Shown here: piece by piece, positions 54,065-61,228 of the stretch
Layout: each line of letters begins with the position of its first letter
How positions within the stretch are numbered: the stretch's first letter is position 1
NCBI GenBank assembly: GCA_050946195.1
Contig: JBMNUI010000003.1
Location: 1-61,228 of the forward strand
Source of the DNA: Eubacteriales bacterium
GTDB lineage: Bacteria > Bacillota > Clostridia > Oscillospirales > CAG-272
DNA length: 61,228 nt
Reading direction: 5' to 3'
Translations under genes and position numbers: made by a program
Notes under the pieces: generated by a model
Told to the model about the DNA's origin: nothing
Databases searched by the model: none
What the model saw: only the letters and a program-made list of their open reading frames with translations

Positions 54065-55276
54065 CTATTGCCTGCTTTTTGCCGTATTTTGGCTGCTGAA
54101 CGGCAGGGTATTCGGGGCGTCCTCAGAGGGGAAGGGTGTGAGATTGTCGTTTTCCCACTTTTTCCTTTCGCGCTCTTTGGTAAAGTCGGGAATATCAAAC
54201 CGCTTGGATTTCTGCAGTACGCTGCGCCAGCCGAGGATCGCCACCGCCGACATCGCCACTGCATGATACACGTCAAGCCGCTCATTAGATTTGCCCGATC
54301 TTATCGCGTCTATAAATTCCTTCACCACCCAATAGTCGCCGCCGCCGTGCCCGGCCTGCTTGGCCTTGTCGGCGTCGCTCTCCCACTGAGCTTCGTAAAT
54401 CTTTGAGGCCTCTGCACCCTCGGGGACCGACCAGGAGTTATATGCCAGCCGCATGCACTTTTCATTACCTCTGACAGTTTCGACCCCGCCGCAGGTGCAG
54501 CCGAGACGGTACCAGTTGCCCTGCGGTCCCATATTTGACGAGCCGTTGACCCGAAAAACCGCGCCGTTGTCCATCTGGACCAGCATGACCCCGACCGCGT
54601 CGGTTTTCAGCCTCTTGTATATTCTGATATTCTCCTCGGTATCGGGCGCCGCCATCCCCACCACATAGCGCGGCAGGGCACCCGTCATATACATCAGCGG
54701 AGCCAGCGCGTGCGAGGAGTAATAGGTCACCGGCAGATAGCGCCGCCAGTGATACTGCCCGTGGACCTCGGGGTTGTTGTATCTCCAGCTTTCTTCGGGG
54801 CTCATGGGGTGTACGTACTCGCCCTCGGCAAACAGGACCTTGCCTAAAGTCCCGCCCTCATATAGCCGCTTCATCTCAAGGCAGCCGCGCGAGAAGGGGT
54901 AGTTTTCACCCAGCATGTATATGCAGCCGCTCTTCTCGACCGCCCGGCAGAGCTCGACGCAAAGCGCCATGGTCGAGGCCGCCATGGTCTCGCTGAATAC
55001 ATGAATCCCGCGCTCGAGTGCCGGTATCGCATACTGGGCATGCTCGTGAAAGTAATTGCAGAGAAGTACGGCGTCAAATTTTCCCGAGTTGATGAATTCA
55101 TCAAAATTGTCATAGGTCGCAACATCGCCTTCGCACCGTGCTTTGGCTTCCTCAATCCGCTGGGGCATTTTCTCACAGAGTGCCGTCACCCGCACCCCGT
55201 CAATTAGTTTGAGCGACTTCATGTACGCCCGGCCCCTCCAGGTCCCGAACACGCCAATCCTGATTTCCCGATCCAT
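54065..55276 (-). CDS. Gfo/Idh/MocA family oxidoreductase
   Basis: ORF 54065..55294. IRIGVFGTWRG Rossmann start. ATG at 55276 after GAGAGGAG. Confidence 0.82.
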   Translation of the reverse strand: MDREIRIGVFGTWRGRAYMKSLKLIDGVRVTALCEKMPQRIEEAKARCEGDVATYDNFDEFINSGKFDAVLLCNYFHEHAQYAIPALERGIHVFSETMAASTMALCVELCRAVEKSGCIYMLGENYPFSRGCLEMKRLYEGGTLGKVLFAEGEYVHPMSPEESWRYNNPEVHGQYHWRRYLPVTYYSSHALAPLMYMTGALPRYVVGMAAPDTEENIRIYKRLKTDAVGVMLVQMDNGAVFRVNGSSNMGPQGNWYRLGCTCGGVETVRGNEKCMRLAYNSWSVPEGAEASKIYEAQWESDADKAKQAGHGGGDYWVVKEFIDAIRSGKSNERLDVYHAVAMSAVAILGWRSVLQKSKRFDIPDFTKERERKKWENDNLTPFPSEDAPNTLPFSSQNTAKSRQ

Positions 55277-55379
55277 GTTAAAGTCTCCTCTCAATTATTT
55301 TTCGGCAAGCTGAATTTCCGAACTCCGGGATTAAAGTAATGACTGATACCGCGGAAAATTATTCACATGACTTTACTAT

Positions 55380-55408
55380 ATTATAATACTAAATGGAGTT
55401 TATTTCAA
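55380..55408 (-). promoter_or_regulatory. Sigma-A promoter of the 7-gene catabolic operon
   Basis: Minus strand reads TTGAAA, a 17-nt spacer, then TATAAT. About 100-nt leader. Confidence 0.65.
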
Positions 55409-55430
55409 GGTGTTTAAGAGATATTGTGGC

Positions 55431-55465
55431 AAATAAAAACGGCAGGCCGCATTGACCTGCCGTTT
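55431..55465 (-). terminator. Rho-independent terminator of the abrB paralog
   Basis: Minus strand reads ACGGCAGG-TCAATGCGG-CCTGCCGT followed by TTTTATTT. Confidence 0.75.
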
Positions 55466-55484
55466 TGCTACAAAATCCAGCGCT

Positions 55485-55730
55485 CTACAGCATGGATTTC
55501 AAATTCCTTAAACATTCGTCGCAAATACGTTTTTCCATGAAGCATGCGATGTTTTCTGTGCTGCCGCAGAACACGCACGGGGGCACATACTTCTGCAGGA
55601 TGATTTTGTCATCCTCGGTGTATATGCACATAGTGTCATTCGGGTTTATGTTGTAAGCTTTGCGAAGCTTTTTTGGCAAAACAAACCTGCCGAGGTCGTC
55701 GACCTGACGGACCTTTACCGTTGTTTTCAT
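55485..55730 (-). CDS. AbrB-family regulator paralog (81 aa, C-terminal CxxC...CxxC)
   Basis: ORF 55485..55835. ATG at 55730 after CAGGAGA. MKTTVKVRQVDDLGRFVLPKKLR...CVFCGS...CDEC. Same length as the 19642 copy and roughly half-identical by eye. Confidence 0.85.
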   Translation of the reverse strand: MKTTVKVRQVDDLGRFVLPKKLRKAYNINPNDTMCIYTEDDKIILQKYVPPCVFCGSTENIACFMEKRICDECLRNLKSML

Positions 55731-55871
55731 TTTATTTCTCCTGTAAAAAAAGCGAAATGAAAGTTTATGAAAAAGCGAACAAGAAACCTCACACCCGCTA
55801 TTACCGCGAGCGCTTCCAAAAATATACAATATCATTAGCCAGTGGTCATGTCACAACTGGCCTAAATCGCC

Positions 55872-56303
55872 TCAATACTGAACCACAGGCTGGCAGGTAA
55901 TGACATCGGCCGGTCCGCCGCTGCCATAAACCTCATAGACTGAGGTTACCCTATATGTACCTCTTGAATCGAGCTGAACAGTATGGCCGCCTATATAAGT
56001 GAAATCAAAAACGTAGTCGACCCATTCGTTACCGGATACTCCAATGTCTACTCTGGTCCAGAAGAAAAGCAAAATTCTCTTTTCTACATATGTTGTTATA
56101 ACCGCGCATGTCGTGACGCCCTGAAAACCAATAAACCTGTTGGAAACCGTCAATAATCCTGTGTCTGATATACTTGCTACTGCATCGGCATATAGAGTAT
56201 TATTGAAACAAACAGAATAATCTGCTGCCGATAATAACACGGCAAGAAGCGAAGACATCAGAATTGCGGTAAGAAGAAAAGCAACAATCCTTGTTTTTCG
56301 CAT
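55872..56303 (-). CDS. Hypothetical exported or membrane-anchored protein
   Basis: ORF 55872..56324. N-terminal MRKTRIVAFLLTAILMSSLLAVLLSA signal or anchor. Start at 56303 or 56324. Confidence 0.6.
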   Translation of the reverse strand: MRKTRIVAFLLTAILMSSLLAVLLSAADYSVCFNNTLYADAVASISDTGLLTVSNRFIGFQGVTTCAVITTYVEKRILLFFWTRVDIGVSGNEWVDYVFDFTYIGGHTVQLDSRGTYRVTSVYEVYGSGGPADVITCQPVVQY

Positions 56304-56339
56304 TTTTTCGTCCCTTTCTTTCATTTTTTGGGGCCCTCA

Positions 56340-56388
56340 TATATACAACAAAATAAAATGGCAAAAAGGATACAATAATTAAAATTTT
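56340..56388 (-). promoter_or_regulatory. Promoter-like motif, copy 1 (upstream of the exported-protein gene)
   Basis: Minus strand reads TTGTATCCTTTTTGCCATTTTATTTTGTTGTATATA. About 40 of 48 positions match the copy upstream of the sigma gene. Confidence 0.5.
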
Positions 56389-57049
56389 ATTTCAAAGATC
56401 CGATAATTTTCTTAAGCACGGATGTCGGGCAATCCCCAGTAATTAAAATTGTGAAAAAATACTGATTTTCAACCCATTCGGCAACCGTAACATTACCACT
56501 GGTATAAACGTTGATTATTTTTCCATTAATGACTATTACATGATGCTTTATATTCTCTTTATCTATATAGATGTCTGCCTCACTGATGGCAGATTGCGTA
56601 TACTGAATCCTATTATCGTTATTATCCTTCCACTCTACATAATATCTTGTAATATCCGAATACTCACACACTTTTCTAAACCCCTCGGGCACATATGAAA
56701 AAGTGTATTTATATTCGATGGAATCGACCTTATCCCCAACAAAAGTGACATTAATTGATGTTTCGTATACTCTCCTGAAGAAATTAACCACTTTTGTTCT
56801 GATGGGGGTAATGCCGCAGGCGGCGGCACAAAGCGCGGCAATAATCACTGCAGCCACTACCAGACGTTTTTTTGCAGTGTTGACATATTTCCATGCAAAG
56901 CATTTTTCTTTGCGGATAAGCTTTGACATCTTCTTCTCAAATTGACTTGAGAAGGTCCACTCAACCATGTTCTCCTCGGGGACATTCCTGAATTCCTCGG
57001 AGGCCACCTGGCGAAAGGCGGCTTTTACATCGCAGATACTCATGCTCAT
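56387..57049 (-). CDS. DUF4367-type anti-sigma factor-like membrane protein
   Basis: Cytoplasmic N-terminus, one TM (LVVAAVIIAALCAAACGI), extracellular DUF4367-like C-terminus (YVEWKDNNDNRIQYTQ...). Starts 4 nt after the sigma gene. Confidence 0.7.
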   Translation of the reverse strand: MSMSICDVKAAFRQVASEEFRNVPEENMVEWTFSSQFEKKMSKLIRKEKCFAWKYVNTAKKRLVVAAVIIAALCAAACGITPIRTKVVNFFRRVYETSINVTFVGDKVDSIEYKYTFSYVPEGFRKVCEYSDITRYYVEWKDNNDNRIQYTQSAISEADIYIDKENIKHHVIVINGKIINVYTSGNVTVAEWVENQYFFTILITGDCPTSVLKKIIGSLK

Positions 57050-57053
57050 GACA

Positions 57054-57602
57054 TTATCTCATCTCTCTTTTCTTAAGTTTGGCAGCGGCAAGCTTTTTGC
57101 CTCTTGCAAGCTGTTGTTTTACGGTGGAGAGCTTGCGCCCCAGCAATTTCGCAACCTCAGGGAGGGTTAATTCCATTACGTAATGGTAATACAAAACATC
57201 AAAATAATCCCTGTTTATTTCACGCAGCACTTCAACCAGATCATCATATGAAAATTTGTCGGCAAGCGCCTGCATAAAGGAGTCGTCGGGAATATCGCTC
57301 ACGGAATCCAGGCCAATCACGCGTTCCCGCCTCTTTTTTTGAGACAGCATATTGAGCGAGGCATTCTTCGCTGTTTTCAGAAGATAGTTTCTCATGTCGG
57401 TTTCATTTGTGATTTTACTAACCACGGCCATATTGCGCGCAATACATAAAAAGGCCTCGTGAACCGCATCTTCGGCATCATGCGTGTTATGTAGTATCGA
57501 CAGAGCCAAAGCTAACATTTGTTTGCGGTATTTGTTATAGAGGCCTTCAAATCTGCGCTGGGACTGCTCGTCATCAAGCAGAGCCAAATAAAACGCAAGC
57601 AT
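57054..57602 (-). CDS. ECF-like sigma-70 family RNA polymerase sigma factor
   Basis: ORF 57054..57659. Start at the ATG at 57602 after GGGGAG. Region 2 (EDAVHEAFLCIARN) and region 4 HTH (TLPEVAKLLGRKLSTVKQQLARGKK). Confidence 0.85.
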   Translation of the reverse strand: MLAFYLALLDDEQSQRRFEGLYNKYRKQMLALALSILHNTHDAEDAVHEAFLCIARNMAVVSKITNETDMRNYLLKTAKNASLNMLSQKKRRERVIGLDSVSDIPDDSFMQALADKFSYDDLVEVLREINRDYFDVLYYHYVMELTLPEVAKLLGRKLSTVKQQLARGKKLAAAKLKKREMR

Positions 57603-57634
57603 GATACTCCCCTGCTTATGTTCTATTCGCCCTT

Positions 57635-57683
57635 TATATACAACAAAATTAAAGGGCAAATAGGATACATGAAATTAAATTTT
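57635..57683 (-). promoter_or_regulatory. Promoter-like motif, copy 2 (upstream of the sigma/anti-sigma operon)
   Basis: Minus strand reads ATGTATCCTATTTGCCCTTTAATTTTGTTGTATATA, about 30 nt before the sigma factor ATG. Confidence 0.5.
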
Positions 57684-58140
57684 GCAATATTCTCCGGGTA
57701 TTACCATGCAAATTATAACACAATAAAACAGTTAATTCAATAAAATAATACAAGTAATTGCTAAATATGACAAACCAAAAATAATATCCGGAATTATTGC
57801 AGCAGATCTCTGCTATTTTACCTACAAAAGGTAGACATGTAAGCCGGATTTGCGCCGCGCCGGTCCGGTGAGTCTGTCGAGCTCGGGTTTTATTAATAGC
57901 AAAACCACCCCGGACGGGGTGGTTTTAATTATCGTTTTTGTCGTGTGTGATGTACATTGCGCTAATACAATGCACGGATTTATCCGGGGTCTGTGCATTT
58001 CATTATGGCTGAAATCGGCACATTTTTTCAATCTTTTCACTTTATTATCAAAATACCGCTTGACTTTTTTTGCCTGTTTGATGATAATGTCTGTCCTGAG
58101 GGGGTGGAACTATGACCAAAGAACAGGCAGAAGCAGAAAA

Positions 58141-58620
58141 GCGCGATATGTACTGGCTCGTTGCATTTACCTGGAATTATACCGCAAGAACATCATCGAC
58201 CGGGATGGATTACAATACGCGCTGCGAGAGGCGTTCCAGGGAATAAACGGCTATTCAATTAGCAAAGTTCTAACAAAACGAGGCATTCCGACTCCATGTA
58301 GGAAAAAACAATGGCAAACCAGAGTTATATACAGCATCCTGACAAATGAAAAGTATAAAGGGGATGCTTTGCTTCAAAAAAGGGTACGAATCGATTTTTT
58401 GACACACAAAAGCAAGCCGAATACCAGTGAAGCTCCGCAGTATTACATTGAACATGACCATCCGGCAATTATCCGTAGGGACATTTGGAATGAGATTCAA
58501 GACAAGGTCACAATTCTATCCAATCACAAAAGTATCATTGACCCACTGCGCGGAAAAATAGTATGTAGAGAGTGCGGAGGATATTATGGTCGTAAAACTT
58601 GGCATTCCACCACTACTCGC
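58141..58620 (+). pseudogene. Large serine recombinase remnant (recombinase domain plus start of zinc ribbon, no catalytic N-terminal domain)
   Basis: Within ORF 57850..58707. Reads LARCIYLELY...GIPTP...WQTRVIYSILTNEKYKGDALLQKRV...PQYYIEHDHPAIIRRDIW...CRECGGYYGRKTWHS. The resolvase domain is absent and homology stops at about 58610. Confidence 0.75.
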
Positions 58621-58625
58621 GATAA

Positions 58626-59216
58626 GACCGAAAGCGCGGCAAGCTTGAGCCGTCTGCAGACACTTCAGGATCTCCGTTGGCTTCTTCTTCTGACATACAA
58701 CAACTGAAAGATCAGCTGTACGAAATGCAGATGGAAATTGATATTTTGAGGGCAACAATCGACGTGTTAAAAAAAGACCCCGGCATCAATCTGAACAAGC
58801 TGAAAAACAGCGAAAAGACAGTGGTGGTTGATGCCATACGGACAAAATATGCACTGTTTGATCTTCTGCGCAGGTTATCAATCCCAAGGAGTAGTTACTA
58901 TCTTTGTCGGATGATTCAGCGTAGAGAGGACAAATATCTCGAGCTGAAAGACAGTATTCGAAAAGTGTTTGCAGAAAGCCGGGAAACATACGGTTACAGA
59001 CGGATCAAGTCAGAACTTAAAAAAGCCGGCATCTGTATATCGGAAAAAGTGATACGGCGACTTATGAAAGAAATGAATCTCACCGTGAAGCAAACACAAC
59101 ATGCCAAATATAACTCCTATAAAGGAGAAATCACTCCCGCGATGGAAAATCTCCTAAATAGGGATTTCAAAGCAAATCGCCCGAATGAAAAGTGGCTTAC
59201 AGACATTACCGAATTT
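58626..59216 (+). mobile_element. IS3-family transposase fragment (OrfA C-terminus/leucine-zipper plus OrfB HTH_21 region, no DDE core)
   Basis: ORF 58677..59279. Reads QQLKDQLYEMQMEIDILRATIDVLKKDPG...LSIPRSSYY...RETYGYRRIKSELKK...NEKWLTDITEF, and similarity ends there. No inverted repeats seen. Confidence 0.75.
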
Positions 59217-59309
59217 GGGCTTCCGGCTGCGTTGATCACTTGTTTCCTTTGCTCGTTTCAGTTCATATTGCCCGTCTGACATACGCATTAAGCGTATATT
59301 TGCTCTACG

Positions 59310-59399
59310 CAATACACGTTCAAAATAAGAGGCTTGCAACAACGAGAATTCATGAACGGTTATACCTAAATGCAGATCAGATAAATGGATGAACTTCAT
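59310..59399 (-). pseudogene. 5' fragment of an SbcD/Mre11-type nuclease gene
   Basis: GGAGGG RBS followed by MKFIHLSDLHLGITVHEFSLLQASYFERVL, the typical SbcD N-terminus. The reading frame then runs into unrelated sequence facing the IS3 fragment. Confidence 0.6.
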
Positions 59400-59892
59400 T
59401 AATATCCCTCCTGCAATAGTTAACATTAAGGAATTTTGGCACAACATTCCTCTATTATTACATTTTAATTAAAATTTACAACAATGTCAAGAAAATTTGA
59501 TATTATTAGGATAATTTTGATAAATAATCTCCAGATATTACAACTTTGTGGGTTAAACTCTTCAACGCTGACATTTATTTGCTCTGCTTTGTTTTTAGTT
59601 ATTTATACAAAAAAGAGACTGGCGACTGTGAACAAGTCCATAAAAAACGGGTAACATAAAAAAGAAACTTCAATTTCTAAAATAATGAGCACTTTCATTA
59701 AAAATTAAACTGACTCCGTTTGAAAAACGGAATCAGTTTATTGCTTGAATTTATTTTCTACTATAGTTTCTCTTTTTTTGTTCTATCTGCATAATTTGGG
59801 CAGTTCGATTTCATGCTTTACAGAGATTATGCCTTAATAAAACTGAAGCACCGATCTCCTTGGCATTCAAGCCTTGGAAATCGGTGCTTTTC

Positions 59893-60210
59893 TTATTGTT
59901 CATTGCTTTTGAGCATACGCTGCTTTTCCCGTGTGCGCTGATACTTTGTCTTTTGACATGCCTTGCACAGGGTGTTATTCTTTCGCTTTTTCAGGAACGG
60001 TGCTCCGCATGCTGCGCAAACCCCAACTGAATAGCTGTCAGTCGACATGCATTCAAAGAACATCTGTGCCTTGGCAACCTCCAATAAATCATCGCACATT
60101 AAAAAGAAGGTTGGAGGGCTTACCGAGAAATCAGGAGGCTTGTATCTATGAAAATGAGCCTGCTTGTTAACTTTCGTCCTTTTTGTCCTTTTGTCCTTTA
60201 TGTAACGCAA
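59893..60210 (-). CDS. Hypothetical small zinc-ribbon protein (phage-like); start uncertain
   Basis: CAACGAPF...CKAC pair and a basic C-terminus. An internal ATG at 60063 has a better SD (GGAGGT/AAGG). Confidence 0.4.
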   Translation of the reverse strand: MRYIKDKRTKRTKVNKQAHFHRYKPPDFSVSPPTFFLMCDDLLEVAKAQMFFECMSTDSYSVGVCAACGAPFLKKRKNNTLCKACQKTKYQRTREKQRMLKSNEQ

Positions 60211-60401
60211 ATAAGCAATAAAAGAAAGAAAACAGCTTTTTCTTCTTTATATATATTCTCTGCTTCCTATAGGGACAGCGTGACAGAAAGGACAAAAGTG
60301 ACAGCAGCATCGTTAAATGCCGTAAATCTGAGACAACATGAAAATCCGCGCCGGATAATATCCGGTGATGATTGAATAAAAAAACAAGGAGGTTAGTTTT
60401 T

Positions 60402-60773
60402 ATGAACATTTCAAAACCCAGTCAGCACATGAAATCGCTGTGCAAAAAACTCGGGCCGGAATACAGAATTACGGTTATCGATTTATCGCAAGTAATTTAT
60501 CGTGATTTTGAAAACGGCTTTGACCTTGAGATTTCCGGTGTCAACACGTCAAGCTTGCGCAAAAGAGTTACGCTTTATCTCTGGTATGAAAAGAATCGCA
60601 TGATTAAGATTGTGAAATCCGTCCCTCAGGAGGATATTGGCAAGTGGGCTGAATGGCTCCGACAAAAGACTGAATCTATCAAACCTGAAGACTTTGACCG
60701 ATATGGTTATCTCAAGGGCGAAAAACGCACAATCTCTGCCAGAGGATGGTGCAGATGCCTCGTAAGCCTTTGA
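60402..60773 (+). CDS. Hypothetical phage-associated protein
   Basis: ORF 60372..60773. ATG at 60402 lies 8 nt after AAGGAGG. Overlaps the downstream HNH gene. Confidence 0.55.
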   Translation: MNISKPSQHMKSLCKKLGPEYRITVIDLSQVIYRDFENGFDLEISGVNTSSLRKRVTLYLWYEKNRMIKIVKSVPQEDIGKWAEWLRQKTESIKPEDFDRYGYLKGEKRTISARGWCRCLVSL

Positions 60774-61102
60774 AGCCATGCAGTTATCCCGGCTGTCCGA
60801 ATCTAACTGAGAGCCAGTACTGTGATGAGCATCGAATATCCGAGCGCAGGAAGTATGACAAATATGAGCGCAATCCGGATGTAATGAAGCAGTATCACGG
60901 TGCATGGCAGAAGATACGTGAACGGTATGTCAGAATGCATCCTCTTTGTGAGGACTGTCTTGAGTCCGGTCGGCTCACTCCGACGGCGGAGGTTCACCAC
61001 ATTCTTCCACTGTCCTGTGGCGGGACTCATGACGACAGTAACCTGTGTGCTCTCTGCCGCTCCTGTCATAACAAGAGGCATATTACTCTCGGTAACAGGT
61101 GA
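60755..61102 (+). CDS. Phage-type HNH endonuclease
   Basis: PLKPCSYPGCPNL...HHILPLSCGGTHDDSNLCALCRSCHNKRH (HNH/zinc-finger motif). In phages this type usually precedes terminase genes. Confidence 0.85.
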   Translation: MPRKPLKPCSYPGCPNLTESQYCDEHRISERRKYDKYERNPDVMKQYHGAWQKIRERYVRMHPLCEDCLESGRLTPTAEVHHILPLSCGGTHDDSNLCALCRSCHNKRHITLGNR

Positions 61103-61228
61103 AACAAGCGTTAAGCGATAGCTGTGACCGGGTAGGGCTGAAGTGCCCCCCAGGTATTGGACAACATAACGTTGTTTGAAATTTTATAGTGAGAAGTATG
61201 GTATAATAGAAGTGCTTTACTGACACGC

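Noticed and set aside
58112-58246. Small ORF MTKEQAEAEKRDMYWLV... with a GGGGTGG RBS-like sequence.
   Set aside because: It is an alternative-frame reading at the degraded 5' edge of the serine-recombinase remnant. No independent support.
1-61228. CRISPR arrays, rRNA genes, tmRNA, SRP RNA and intact IS elements.
   Set aside because: Reading both strands, I found no regularly spaced direct repeats, no rRNA-like segments, and no IS with inverted repeats plus an intact transposase. Only the dispersed ~80-nt repeat family and an IS3 fragment are present.

Overview
High-G+C, Clostridia-like chromosomal window from a spore-forming Firmicute, judged from spmA/spmB, abrB, a T-box leader, RNase J and consensus sigma-A promoters. 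Positions 1-55.3 kb look like core genome. They carry a translationally coupled rRNA/tRNA-modification operon, prfB, lepA, hemW, secG, pcm and two tRNAs. They also carry an AmmeMemoRadiSam pair, an orphan larA and murQ. A 7-gene uncharacterised sugar-type catabolic operon lies next to a GLUG/discoidin surface protein. From about 55.3 kb to the end the DNA is visibly more A+T-rich and looks accessory. It holds a second AbrB paralog, an ECF-like sigma/anti-sigma/secreted-protein module with a duplicated promoter-like motif, abutting fragments of a serine recombinase, an IS3 transposase and sbcD, and the start of a phage-like module with an HNH endonuclease. Signals not explained by the ORF track: (1) a complete T-box riboswitch with a UAC (Tyr) specifier ahead of a Na+/solute symporter plus acyl-CoA ligase; (2) an ~80-nt intergenic repeat family with 5 copies, compensatory stem changes and consistent orientation; (3) a 30-aa Cys-rich micropeptide gene; (4) a frameshifted TM2-domain gene; (5) two orphan promoter-to-hairpin units that could be small RNAs; (6) a probable leaderless gene. 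No rRNA genes or CRISPR arrays were seen. All coordinates outside the ORF track were counted by eye and may be off by a few nt.
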